A stretch of DNA of 64,000 nucleotides from Gemmataceae bacterium (GCA_028288765.1 JAQGHQ010000390.1:3665-67664), one strand, 5' to 3'; numbered from the stretch's first letter, positions 36,805 through 46,394 are shown. Numbers and translations: made by a program. The notes: a model not told the origin generated them from the letters alone.

Positions 36805-38475
36805 ATGAGTCGATTATTCAGCAGGACCGCGGCGCTTTCTTTTGCGGCCGCCCTGACCGCCGGTCCGATGCCTGCCGCCCAGGACACTCCACCCGCGCCC
36901 CCGGACGGCGCTTCCGTCCAGGCCCGGGGACCGGTTCATGAAGCGTTCGCCCGGCCGGCCGACGGGCCGGCCCGCGGGCCTATCGTGACCACGGAGCCGC
37001 CCGCCCCCATCAAGGAAGTGCCCCCGGACCAGCGGCCCGACGTCGAAGGAGTGCAGTGGATCCCCGGGTACTGGGCGTGGGACGACGAGGGGAAGGACTA
37101 CCTGTGGGTCAGCGGCTGCTGGCGGGTGCCGCCGCCGGGCCGTCAGTGGGTTGCCGGGAACTGGGGCCGCGTCGACGGCGGCTGGCGGTGGATGACCGGC
37201 TTCTGGTCCGCCGCCGGGGTGAACGCCCCACAGCCCGTCGCCGACACCCCGCCCGCCTCTCTGGAAGCCGGGCCCTCGACGCCCCCGCCGGACGACGACG
37301 GCTACTACATCCCCGGTCAGTGGCTCTTCCGGAACGGCGAATGGGTCTGGCAACCCGGGTCGTGGGTCCAGAACCAGGCCGACATGGTGTACGTCCCGCC
37401 GACCTACCTGCCGGCCCAGACCGGGTCGCTGTACGTCCCCGGCTACTGGGATTACCCGCTCCAGAACCGCGGGCTGCTGTTCGCGCCGGTCGGCTTCGGC
37501 GGCACGCCCTGGCTCGGCAACCCCGGGTGGGCGTACCGGCCGGGGTACACGGTCGGGCTCGGCGGCCTGCTCGGCTCGCTGTTCGCCCGGCCGGGGTATG
37601 GCAGCTACTACTTCGGGAATTATTTCGGTCGGCCGTACCAGGGGCTCGGGTATCTCCCGTGGACGGCCTACGGCCGCCGCGGGTACGACCCGCTGCTCAA
37701 TTACTACCGGTGGGCGAACCGCGGTAACCCGGGGTGGTACGGCGGCCTGGCCGGGCTGTACACCGGCCGGTTGAACGGCTCACTCCCGGTCCCGGCGGTC
37801 GCGTTCTCCCATCACGCCCCGGCGGTCCCCGCGCTTGCCCCGACCCTGATCGCCCAGCACACGGTACCCTTCGGCCGAGGGATGAGCGTGACCCCGGTAA
37901 ACTCGCTGCGGACGGTCCACCCGCTGACCCAGACAAATCACGTCCGTCTCACGGGCGTGAACCCGGGCGAGCTGGCCGGTCGGCCGGCGTTCCAGACCCG
38001 GCAGTCGTTCGCGAGCCCGGGTGGTGGGGGTCCGGTCGCCGGGGCGGTCCTACCGGGGCCGGGCCGGGTCGGGCCGAGTGTGGGCGTGGGTTCCTCCTTC
38101 CCGGCCGCGGTCTCACCGGGCGGAGGTATGCGGTTGGTCTCGCCGGCGCCGCTCGCTTCGGGGTATGGGGGATCGCTCCCGGGGTCGGCCTGGCGGCCCT
38201 CGACCCCGGGGACCGTTGCACCGGCGATCCATTACGCACCTGCGGGACACAGCGGCTATCCGTACCACGCCACCCCCGGGTACCACGGAGGGTACGTTCA
38301 TCCGGTCGGGCCGGTCTATCACCCGGGCCCGGTCCATCATGCCGCTCCGGTCCACTACTCCAGTCCGGTCCATCATGCCGGTCCGTCCTTCCACGGCGGA
38401 GGCGGACACGGTGGAGGCATGCATGGAGGAGGCGGACACGGCGGAGGCGGGCACGGCGGCGGGCGCCACCGCTGA
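36805..38475 (+). CDS. Secreted YXWGXW/WXXGXW-repeat protein with His/Gly-rich tail
   Basis: Signal peptide; RGPVHEAFA; WIPGYWAWD..YLWVSGCW..WVAGNW..WMTGFW; second repeat block; tail HGGGGHGGGMHGGGGHGGGGHGGGRHR. Confidence 0.88.
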   Translation: MSRLFSRTAALSFAAALTAGPMPAAQDTPPAPPDGASVQARGPVHEAFARPADGPARGPIVTTEPPAPIKEVPPDQRPDVEGVQWIPGYWAWDDEGKDYLWVSGCWRVPPPGRQWVAGNWGRVDGGWRWMTGFWSAAGVNAPQPVADTPPASLEAGPSTPPPDDDGYYIPGQWLFRNGEWVWQPGSWVQNQADMVYVPPTYLPAQTGSLYVPGYWDYPLQNRGLLFAPVGFGGTPWLGNPGWAYRPGYTVGLGGLLGSLFARPGYGSYYFGNYFGRPYQGLGYLPWTAYGRRGYDPLLNYYRWANRGNPGWYGGLAGLYTGRLNGSLPVPAVAFSHHAPAVPALAPTLIAQHTVPFGRGMSVTPVNSLRTVHPLTQTNHVRLTGVNPGELAGRPAFQTRQSFASPGGGGPVAGAVLPGPGRVGPSVGVGSSFPAAVSPGGGMRLVSPAPLASGYGGSLPGSAWRPSTPGTVAPAIHYAPAGHSGYPYHATPGYHGGYVHPVGPVYHPGPVHHAAPVHYSSPVHHAGPSFHGGGGHGGGMHGGGGHGGGGHGGGRHR

Positions 38476-38707
38476 GTCTGAACGGCTTCGCCTGTTGAAC
38501 CGTCGATCCCTGTTGACACTATTGCGGCACCTCGACCGACCGGCCCGGAGACCCCCGGGCCGGTTCCGTTTATGTCAACCGTGCGATCCTCCCGGGCCGC
38601 GCGCCGGCGCGGGTTCTCGCCCGGTCGTGCCCGAACCCGTGTGCGGAAGGACGTGTCCAGAGAGGAGTAGGTCGAGGACGCCGCAGCCCCGAGCGACAGG
38701 TGTGGGA

Positions 38708-38962
38708 ATGGCCAAGCAAGTGTTTTACCGGCAGTGCCGTCTGGTCAAGCGGACCGCGACCGGGGAAGTGCAACAGGTGTCGTGGATCCCCGACCGGTAC
38801 GCGGTGGCCGGGAAGGTGGTGAAGCTCCGCGACGACGACGGGGTCTGGGACGACGGCTGGGTCGTGCGGTCCGCCGGGACGAACCGGCTGGCCGCCGACC
38901 AGCTCCCCGATTTCCACCAGATGAGCAAGGCCCACTTGCGGGCCAGCGGAGACTTGGAGTAA
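38708..38962 (+). CDS. Small hypothetical protein (84 aa)
   Basis: MAKQVFYRQCRLVKR...SWIPDRYAVAGKVVKLRDDDGVWDDGWVV; non-repetitive, globular-looking composition with coding-like codon use. Confidence 0.7.
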   Translation: MAKQVFYRQCRLVKRTATGEVQQVSWIPDRYAVAGKVVKLRDDDGVWDDGWVVRSAGTNRLAADQLPDFHQMSKAHLRASGDLE

Positions 38963-39049
38963 TGCGGTGTGCGGAATTCAGGATAGGGACCCGACGGAAA
39001 CGCCACCTCGCGACGGCCGGTTTTCATTCCGCAATCCGAGTTCCGCATT
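38961..39049. repeat. Heptamer palindrome (tgcggaa / ttccgca)
   Basis: aatgcggtgtgcggaatt ... attccgcaatccgagttccgcatt, between convergent genes. Confidence 0.65.
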
Positions 39050-39058
39050 TCTTCGACG

Positions 39059-40576
39059 TTACCCCGCCGGCTTCAGGTCCGAGGTCGCCGGCCCGTGCAT
39101 CAATTTACCCTCGGCGGAGTAACGCGACCCGTGGCACGGGCAGTCCCACGTCTGCTCGCCCGGGTTCCACCGCACGAGACACCCCATGTGCCGGCACACC
39201 GCCGAGAGCGTGTGCGTCTTCCCCCTGTTGTCCTTGTACACGGCCAGCTTCGTGAGCCCACTCCGGACCACCGCCCCGTGCCCCGGCGGGATCTGGTCGG
39301 CCGACTTCACGTCCCCGCCGGTCAGCCAGTCGGCATACTGGGCGGCCAGGTTCAGGTTCTCCTGGAATAGGGTTGCCGCCGCCCCGGGCATCCACCGCGA
39401 TGGGGAATAAAGTCCGGCGAGGGGGTTCGGCCGGTGCTGGACGAGGTCGGCCACCAACCTGGCCCCGAGCGTCCCGTGCGTCATCCCCATCCCGGAGTCA
39501 CCGGTGATGACGTAGACGTTATCCCCGCCCCCCGGGGCCAGCCCGATCAGCCCGAGCCCGTCCGGGGTTTCGAACACCTGCCCGGACCACCGGTACGGGA
39601 TCTTCCCGAGCCCCGGGACCCGCTCCTTCGCCCACGCTTCGAGCCGCCCCCACCGCGCGTCCGTGTCGGCCGCCTGTCCCGTCTTGTGGTCCTCCCCGCC
39701 GACGATCAGGTAGTCGAACGAGGCGTCCGGGCCGCCCGGCTGGAGCCGGACGTAGTGGTACGGGTCTTCCGTGTCCCAGTAGAGGGCGTACGGCAGCGTG
39801 CCCCTGGGGACCTCGGCCGCGAGCGCGTAGGTGAGGTACGCGGCGACCTTGGCGTGGAGCGTCGTCCCGACCGCAAATGGGGCGTTGGTCGCGACCACGA
39901 CGGCCCCGGCCGCGACCACGTTCCGGGCCTTCGTTTCGACCTCGCACGGCGACCCGCCGCGGACCTTCGTGACGAGCGTGTCGGTGTGGATCACCCCGCC
40001 CAGCTTGCGGATCCGCCCGGCGATCTCGGTCAGGTACTTGAGCGGGTGGAACTGCCCCTGGTCGGGGAACCGGAGGGCCGGCCCGGGGGCCCGACGCGGG
40101 AATGGGACCCGGTCCACCTTTTCGAAGGGGAGGCCGAGCCGGCAGAGGGCGTCTTCTTCCTTGGCGAGCGTGTCCGGGCCGTCGGCCCCGGGGAACAGGT
40201 AGCCGTCCACCCGCTTGTAGTCGCAGTCGATCCCCTCGCGCCGGACGATCTCACCGATCAGGTCGACGGCCGCCCGGTGACTGGCCGCCGCGGCCCGTGC
40301 CGCGTCGGCCCCGCGGACCGACTCGACGTGCGCGAACCGGTCGTCGATCACCCACGCCAGGTGGGCGGTGGTGGCCGCGGTCTCGGCCCCGGCGACCGCC
40401 GGCTTAGACTCCAACACGACGACGGATTTCCCCTCCCGGGCCAGCAGGTAAGCGGTGGTCAGGCCGGCGATCCCGCCGCCGACCACGCACACGTCGTAAC
40501 GGCTGTTCCCGGCGAGCGGGGTGGCGGACCGGGTCGGGTCCGGGTACTCCCAGACGGAGGTGGTGCTGTGTGTCAC
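39059..40576 (-). CDS. FAD-dependent oxidoreductase with C-terminal Rieske [2Fe-2S] domain (YhfW-like)
   Basis: GTG start; VVGGGIAGLTTAY, GGEDHKTG, WSGQ; CRHMGC...WDCPCHGSRY. Confidence 0.93.
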   Translation of the reverse strand: MTHSTTSVWEYPDPTRSATPLAGNSRYDVCVVGGGIAGLTTAYLLAREGKSVVVLESKPAVAGAETAATTAHLAWVIDDRFAHVESVRGADAARAAAASHRAAVDLIGEIVRREGIDCDYKRVDGYLFPGADGPDTLAKEEDALCRLGLPFEKVDRVPFPRRAPGPALRFPDQGQFHPLKYLTEIAGRIRKLGGVIHTDTLVTKVRGGSPCEVETKARNVVAAGAVVVATNAPFAVGTTLHAKVAAYLTYALAAEVPRGTLPYALYWDTEDPYHYVRLQPGGPDASFDYLIVGGEDHKTGQAADTDARWGRLEAWAKERVPGLGKIPYRWSGQVFETPDGLGLIGLAPGGGDNVYVITGDSGMGMTHGTLGARLVADLVQHRPNPLAGLYSPSRWMPGAAATLFQENLNLAAQYADWLTGGDVKSADQIPPGHGAVVRSGLTKLAVYKDNRGKTHTLSAVCRHMGCLVRWNPGEQTWDCPCHGSRYSAEGKLMHGPATSDLKPAG

Positions 40577-40638
40577 GTGTGGGTCTCGGTGCGGGGAACG
40601 AAACCGGCCGCCGGGTCGGCCCGGCGGCCGGAATGTGG

Positions 40639-40654
40639 AGCATCTCGTGTGCCG
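40639..40654 (-). promoter_or_regulatory. Putative sigma-54 -24/-12 promoter
   Basis: CGGCACACGAGATGCT (GG-N10-GC), 63 bp upstream of the FAD-Rieske gene. Confidence 0.55.
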
Positions 40655-40694
40655 TAAGCCCGGTGTGTCGCCGCCCGATGGGCCCGGGCGGCCG

Positions 40695-41192
40695 TCACGA
40701 ACCCGAGCCCTTTCGCAAGATCCCACTGTCCCCGCCGCCGTTCCCGTCCGGGGGCAGTTCCACGATCTCCAGCCAGTACCTGCCGAGGGCCTTGATCACC
40801 TCGACCATCCGATCGAAGGTGACGGGCTTGGTGATGTAGCTGGCGGCGGACAGGTCGTAGCTCCGGACCACGTCCTCCTCGGCCTTGCTGGTGGTCATGA
40901 CCACCACCCGGATGCCCCGGAATCGTGGGTCCGCCCGGATCTCCCGGAGGGCCTCCCGGCCGTCCATCCGGGGCATGTTCAGGTCGAGCAGGATGACCCC
41001 CGGCCACGGGCTGGTGGCCGGGTCGGTGTACTTCCCCCGGCGGTGCAGGTAGTCGAGCAGTTCTTCCCCGTCCTCCACGAACCGGAGGTCGTTCGCCAGC
41101 CGGCTCTCGGCGAACGCCTCGGCCGTCAGGGCCCGGTCGTCCGGGTCGTCGTCCGCCATCAGGATCGTGATCGGTTTTCCTTCCTTTGCCAT
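40695..41192 (-). CDS. Single-domain response regulator (Rcp1/CheY-like)
   Basis: ILMADDD, LLDLNMPRMDG, VMTTS, YITKP; start 5 bp after the HK stop. Confidence 0.93.
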   Translation of the reverse strand: MAKEGKPITILMADDDPDDRALTAEAFAESRLANDLRFVEDGEELLDYLHRRGKYTDPATSPWPGVILLDLNMPRMDGREALREIRADPRFRGIRVVVMTTSKAEEDVVRSYDLSAASYITKPVTFDRMVEVIKALGRYWLEIVELPPDGNGGGDSGILRKGSGS

Positions 41193-41196
41193 GACT

Positions 41197-44100
41197 TCAC
41201 CCGGGGTCCGTGGTGTCGTTGGTCGCGCCCGCGGGCGCGACGTGGCGGGCGGGCAGCAGGAGTATGAATTCGGCCCCGCGCCCCGGTTCACTCCGGGCAG
41301 TAATCGTGCCGCCGTGGCGGTCGGCGATTTTCTTGCAGATGGCGAGCCCGACCCCGGTCCCCTCGTACTCGCCCCGCCCGTGCAGCCGCTGGAACACCTG
41401 GAAAATGCGGTCCAGGTATTTCTCGTCGAACCCGATCCCGTTGTCCGCCACCGTCACCCGGCAGACCGGCGACCCGGGCAGCCCGTCGGGCCCGCCGTCG
41501 CCGTCGAACAGCTCGCCCCGTACCCGGATGACGGGCTGCACGTCCGGGCGGGCGAACTTCAACGCATTCCCGATGAGGTTCTGGAACAGCTGCCGCATCT
41601 GGGTCGGGTCCGCGTCGATGACCGGGAGCGGGCCGACCGCCACGTCCGCCCCGGCCCGCTCGATGCGGACGGCGAGGTCGTCGATCACGTCCGCCAGGAC
41701 GGCGGTCAGGTCGGTGCGGGCGAACGGCCGGGCCTGGGTAATCACCCGGCTGAACGTGAGCAGGTCGTCGATCAACTTACTCATCCGGCCGGCGGACGAC
41801 AGCATCCGGTCCAGGTATTCCCGCCCCTGGTCGGGCAGCTGGTCCCGGCACCGGTCCCGGAGGCGGTCGCCGAAGGCCTGGATTTTCCGCAGCGGCTCCT
41901 GCAGGTCGTGGCTGGCGATGTAGGCGAACTGTTCGAGTTCCTGGTTGCTCCGGCGGAGCTCGGCGGTCCGCTCGCGGACCAGATGTTCCAGGGTCTGGGC
42001 CTCCCGCTTCTGGGCGTCAATGTCGGTGTTCGTCCCGACCCATTTGAACACCGCCCCGTCCGCCCCGCGGGCCGGGACCGCCCGGGTCTTGAACCACCGG
42101 TACACCCCGTCCGCCCCGCGGATGCGGAACTCGCTATCGAAGTCGGCCCCGGCCGCCACGGCCTTCGCCCAGTCGGCGGCCAGCCCGTCCCGGTCGTCCG
42201 GGTGGACGGACACGGTCCACCGCGTCCCGAGCTGGTCCGCGGCCGGCACCCCGGTGTACTCGGCCCACTGCCGGCTCAGGTAGTCGCACGCCCCGGCCGG
42301 GGTGCACGTCCAGACCAGCTGGGGGATGGTCTCGGCCAGGGTCCGGAACCGCTCCTCGCTCTCCCGGACGGCGGCGACCGCCCGCTGGTGGCTGATCCAG
42401 TGGGCGATCCCGGACGCCAGGGGGGCGAGGTCGGTGAGCACCGCGTCCGTCAGGGGGTGGCGGGCGAACACCGCCAGGACGCCGACCACCCGGCCCTCGG
42501 CCGACAGCGGGTATCCGGCGAAGGCGACTATCCCCTCCCGCCGGGCCCACCCGGGGTCGCTCACGCCCGGGTCGGTCTGCACGTCGTTGGTCAGGTAGAG
42601 CTGGCGGGTGGCGGCGATCCGGCCGATTTTGAATTCGCCCACCTTCACCCGGGCGTGGGGGCCGTTGAGGTGGGTATACAGCCCGGCACTGGCCTGGAGT
42701 TCCAGCTCCGCCCCCGAGTCGGCGAGTGTCCAGACCCGGGCGAACGCCACGCCCAGATGTCGGACCAGGAGTTCCACGCACTCCTGCAACACCACCCGGA
42801 CCGGCTCCGCGGTGGCGAAGCGGGCGGTGATGTCGGCCCGGAGGGCCGCGAGCCGGACCCGTTCGGCGAGCCCCTCCTCCGCCCTCCGCCGGTCGGTGAT
42901 GTCCCGGAGATAACTGGTGAACGTCACCCGCCCGCCGGTGCGGATCGGGGTGATGGCGACCTCGGCGGGGAACTCGGTCCCGTCCCGGCGGACGGCCGTC
43001 AGTTCGACCCGCCGGTTTAGCACCTGCCCTTCGCCGGTGACCAGGTACTGGGTCAGCCCCCGGCGGTGGTCGGCTCGCATCGCGGGGGGGACGATCAGGG
43101 CGGCCATCTCCCGGCCGAGCACTTCTTCCCGGGCGTACCCGAACGTCTGTTCGGCCGCCGGGTTAAACTCGATCACCCGGCCCTGCTCGTCGATCGTAAC
43201 GACGCAGTCCAGGGCCGTCTCGAACATCGCCGTCTTACGGGCCTCGCTCTCCTTCAGGCCCTCTACGGCTTCCTTCCGGTCGGAGATGTCTATGCACAGG
43301 CCGCTGAACCCGGCGATCTCCCCGCCCTCGGCGAACCGTGGGGTCCCCCGGGCCAGGACCCAGCGGTAGGCCCCGTCGTGGCGGCGGAGGCGGTATTCCA
43401 GCTCGAACGGCCGGCGGCCCTCGAACGCGGCCGTGTACGCCGCCCGGTACGTGTCGCGGTCGTCGGGGTGGACGCACGCCGCCCACTCGTCTCCCGGCTG
43501 GTCCTCCAGCGGCCGGCCGGTGAACTCCAGCCAGGTCCGGTTGAAGTACGTCCGCCCGCGGTCCGCGCCGGACACCCAGATCATCACCGGGACCGAATCG
43601 GCCATGCTCCGGAACCGCCCCTCACTCTCCCGCAGGGCGTGCTCGACCTTCTCCCGGCGGGCGATCTCGGCCTCCAGTTCGGCCTGCCGGCCGCGGGCCT
43701 CGGCCAGCGCCCGTTTGGCCCGGTCGGCGGCGGCCCACTGGGCCCCTCCGAGCAGGGCGCAGGCCAACCCGATGAACACGAACAGGCCGAACCCGACCTG
43801 GTTCGACAGGCCCTCGACCGCCCACTCCCCCCGGGGCTGGACGAACCAGTACCGGGTGGCCACTGCCAGGACCCCCGCGGCAAGGACGGCCGGTCCGAAC
43901 CCGGCCTCCCAGGCGACGAAAATGATCGCGAGCAGGGGGACGACGTACGGGTGGTCGTTCCCCAGGATCGGGTCGAGGAGCCGGCGGACGAGGACCGCCA
44001 GGACGATCGCCAGGACCGCCACCATGTACCCCCGGATCTCCGCCGGCGGCCGGTCGGCGAGCTGCCGCCGGGTTGAGGGGGGATCCGCCGCCCGGCCCGC

Positions 44101-44475
44101 CGGGGCTATCAGTTCGAGGATCTTCGGGACGGCCGGGACGAGGGCCAAGACGGTCACCCAGGAGACCACGGCGGCCACCAGCTTGACCATCCCGGACAGG
44201 TTGTGGAACGGGTGGTAGTAGGTCAGGACGGCGAGGAAGTGGGTGAACCCGCACGCCAGGACGGACGCCGCGAGCAGCACGAACAGCCGCGAGAACGGCA
44301 GATCCTGCCGCCGCCGGACGAAGTACAGGAGGACGAGCGGGATGGACAGGAATGCGAGCCAGATGAACAGATCCGACCCGACGTGCAGCCAGACCAGCCC
44401 GGGTGTCCACTCCCCGCAGTCCTTCTGCGCGACGAACCCCCCCGTGCTGGTCAACCAGCCGAAAAACTCATTCAT
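41197..44475 (-). CDS. Sensor histidine kinase: ETR1-like ethylene-binding-type TM domain, DUF4118-like TM domain, PAS, PAS, GAF, PAS, HisKA, HATPase
   Basis: SDLFIWLAFLSIP..LYF...CGFTH...VK..AVVS; LAVLVR..LDP...LAIIFVAW..GFGPA; FR.MADS.PVMIW..HPDD; ASHDLQEPLRK; QLFQNLIGNALKF; DNGIG; GTGVGLAICKKI. Confidence 0.92.
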   Translation of the reverse strand: MNEFFGWLTSTGGFVAQKDCGEWTPGLVWLHVGSDLFIWLAFLSIPLVLLYFVRRRQDLPFSRLFVLLAASVLACGFTHFLAVLTYYHPFHNLSGMVKLVAAVVSWVTVLALVPAVPKILELIAPAGRAADPPSTRRQLADRPPAEIRGYMVAVLAIVLAVLVRRLLDPILGNDHPYVVPLLAIIFVAWEAGFGPAVLAAGVLAVATRYWFVQPRGEWAVEGLSNQVGFGLFVFIGLACALLGGAQWAAADRAKRALAEARGRQAELEAEIARREKVEHALRESEGRFRSMADSVPVMIWVSGADRGRTYFNRTWLEFTGRPLEDQPGDEWAACVHPDDRDTYRAAYTAAFEGRRPFELEYRLRRHDGAYRWVLARGTPRFAEGGEIAGFSGLCIDISDRKEAVEGLKESEARKTAMFETALDCVVTIDEQGRVIEFNPAAEQTFGYAREEVLGREMAALIVPPAMRADHRRGLTQYLVTGEGQVLNRRVELTAVRRDGTEFPAEVAITPIRTGGRVTFTSYLRDITDRRRAEEGLAERVRLAALRADITARFATAEPVRVVLQECVELLVRHLGVAFARVWTLADSGAELELQASAGLYTHLNGPHARVKVGEFKIGRIAATRQLYLTNDVQTDPGVSDPGWARREGIVAFAGYPLSAEGRVVGVLAVFARHPLTDAVLTDLAPLASGIAHWISHQRAVAAVRESEERFRTLAETIPQLVWTCTPAGACDYLSRQWAEYTGVPAADQLGTRWTVSVHPDDRDGLAADWAKAVAAGADFDSEFRIRGADGVYRWFKTRAVPARGADGAVFKWVGTNTDIDAQKREAQTLEHLVRERTAELRRSNQELEQFAYIASHDLQEPLRKIQAFGDRLRDRCRDQLPDQGREYLDRMLSSAGRMSKLIDDLLTFSRVITQARPFARTDLTAVLADVIDDLAVRIERAGADVAVGPLPVIDADPTQMRQLFQNLIGNALKFARPDVQPVIRVRGELFDGDGGPDGLPGSPVCRVTVADNGIGFDEKYLDRIFQVFQRLHGRGEYEGTGVGLAICKKIADRHGGTITARSEPGRGAEFILLLPARHVAPAGATNDTTDPG

Positions 44476-44617
44476 GTGCTCCCGCCCGGCGCACCCGTCT
44501 CGGTGTGGACCCGTGCCGGACCGTCCGGGCGGGTCTCCCGCCCTTGATTATGACGCATACCCGGCCGCGGGAAAATGGAGGGAGGAAATGACGGCCGGGC
44601 TCGCCCCGTCCCGGGCC

Positions 44618-45322
44618 TCACCGGGCGATGAGGATCTCCCCCCCACGGGCGGGCACGACCGGGAACACCCGGAACGACGGCCCGCACCCGACGACCGCCC
44701 CGCCGACCGCCGCGCCGATCGAGAGGAGCATGGCCACGAGCCCGCCCCAGGCCACGGCGACGGCCGCGTGCTCGGCCCGCCGCCGGGCCTCCGGGTCGTT
44801 GGCCGCGGCCCGAGCCCGGTCCGGGTTGAGCCCCTGCTTCGCGGCGTCGATCCGGTCCTGCGTCACCCCGGCCGCCCGGGCCATGTCTTCCCACGACCGC
44901 TGCTGGGCGACCGGCCCGTTCTGGGCGACGAGCGTCCCGCCGACCAGGGCGAAGTACCCGGCCTTGATGTTCATCCCGACCATCGCCAGGGAGGCCGCGG
45001 TCACCGTGGCCCAGGTCAGGACGCCGTAGAGCACCGCCTCCTGTCGGGTCTCCCCGGCGGTCAGCTGGGTCGTCACCCACCCGCCGAGGAACAGCGAGAC
45101 GACAATCGTGACGACGGCGGCGGCGATCGCCCCGATCCCGAGCGCGTCCCCCCGGAGATCGGCCTCGGTCAAGGACAGCCCGACGGCCGCGAAGAAGAAC
45201 GTGAGCACCAGGGAGCAGGCGAGGGCGATCACGGTCCCCCCGAGTAGCGCCCCCCAGCTCACCCGGCTGCGAACCCCCGCCACGTCCTCGACATGAACCG
45301 GTTGGGTCGTTTCGTGTGCCAT
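44618..45322 (-). CDS. Multi-pass membrane protein (YrzE/DUF3792-like stress-associated type)
   Basis: RVSWGALLGG..IAL..., FLGGWVT.QL..GE...LYG.LTWA; about 5 hydrophobic segments. Confidence 0.75.
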   Translation of the reverse strand: MAHETTQPVHVEDVAGVRSRVSWGALLGGTVIALACSLVLTFFFAAVGLSLTEADLRGDALGIGAIAAAVVTIVVSLFLGGWVTTQLTAGETRQEAVLYGVLTWATVTAASLAMVGMNIKAGYFALVGGTLVAQNGPVAQQRSWEDMARAAGVTQDRIDAAKQGLNPDRARAAANDPEARRRAEHAAVAVAWGGLVAMLLSIGAAVGGAVVGCGPSFRVFPVVPARGGEILIAR

Positions 45323-45436
45323 GCCGTACCTCCTGTCGGGTGGACCTCCGGCCGCCACCCGCCGGTGTGACATTCCCGCCGCCGCAGCCGCCCGAAGCGC
45401 CGGACCGGAGACGGGTTGCCGGACTCCCCTCGTATT

Positions 45437-45452
45437 CGCACGCGGCGTGCCA
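45437..45452 (-). promoter_or_regulatory. Putative sigma-54 -24/-12 promoter
   Basis: TGGCACGCCGCGTGCG, 115 bp upstream of the membrane protein start. Confidence 0.6.
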
Positions 45453-45531
45453 CTCGAACCCGGGCAGGGCCGCCGGGCGAAGGTGCCCGGCCCCTCGACA
45501 ACGACTGCGGGCGGGTGGGACGGCACGTCTC

Positions 45532-45820
45532 CTCGCTCCCACGCTCGGCGCTATGCATTACCCACAACGTCACGTCGTGACGGGTATCTTTGGGTTTTTC
45601 CGGCCCTGAAGGGCCGGTTTGCTCGTGGCCCAGGTCTCCAGACCTGTGCTGGTACCCCTTCTGCTCCGAGGCCGGCGTCTTTCTCTCCTCGCCACGGTTC
45701 CCGACCGGGGTGCCTGCACAGGTCTCCAGACCTGTGCCACGGGGAGTCGGTCCCTTCGGACCTGTAAGAACAAGGGGCAGATCGTCCTGGGTCATGCGTA
45801 GCCCAGAGCGTGGGAACGAG
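45532..45820. repeat. Nested composite palindromic element
   Basis: Outer 33-bp IR (45532-45564 / 45788-45820, 5 mismatches) enclosing a gtggc(c/a)caggtctccagacctgtgc doublet (45625-45740) and ggccctgaagggcc (45602-45615). Confidence 0.75.
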
Positions 45821-45883
45821 GAAGAAAACGACTGCGGGGGCCAGATGGCCCCCGCGGTCCGCACCCGCCACCCGGAACGGGTG

Positions 45884-46063
45884 CTAAATTGGATCGACGG
45901 TTCTGCCGCGGAAAGCGTCCGCGATGAACGAGATCACGGCCAGGACCAGGAACACGAAGAACAGGATTTTGGCGGCGTCGAACGAGAAGTCGGCGATCAG
46001 ACCGAACCCGAACAAGGCCGCGATCATTGCCACGATCAGGAACACGATGGCCAGGCGAAGCAT
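45884..46063 (-). CDS. DUF1328 (UPF0391) small membrane protein, 59 aa, absent from the ORF track
   Basis: MLRLAIVFLIVAMIAALFGFGLIADFSFDAAKILFFVFLVLAVISFIADAFRGRTVDPI; ggagg RBS. Confidence 0.92.
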   Translation of the reverse strand: MLRLAIVFLIVAMIAALFGFGLIADFSFDAAKILFFVFLVLAVISFIADAFRGRTVDPI

Positions 46064-46259
46064 GGTTGTTACCTCCGGTTTGTTCTCACGGTCGCGGGCG
46101 GTGGTTGGGGGTTGTTAGCCGCACGGCCGGTCCATCGCCGGCTGGACTCGCCATCCCCCTGGGGAGGACGTCGAGCCCGTGCGCTCCCGATATCCGGGCC
46201 GTATCGAACTGGGACGGCCCGCCACCCGGCAAACTGCCGCCGGGGCCTGATGTCTGAGG

Positions 46260-46275
46260 AGCAATGGCTGTGCCG
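46260..46275 (-). promoter_or_regulatory. Putative sigma-54 -24/-12 promoter
   Basis: CGGCACAGCCATTGCT, 197 bp upstream of DUF1328. Confidence 0.65.
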
Positions 46276-46394
46276 ATGTCGAAAACATCCGGGAACGGGG
46301 TTCCTCAATGGGCAGGAGTCGTCCCATCCCGGCACCCCGCTGCCCGGCGGTGAGAGTCGATGTTCCGTCCCGGCCGTCCGCCGCTCCCTCCAAT

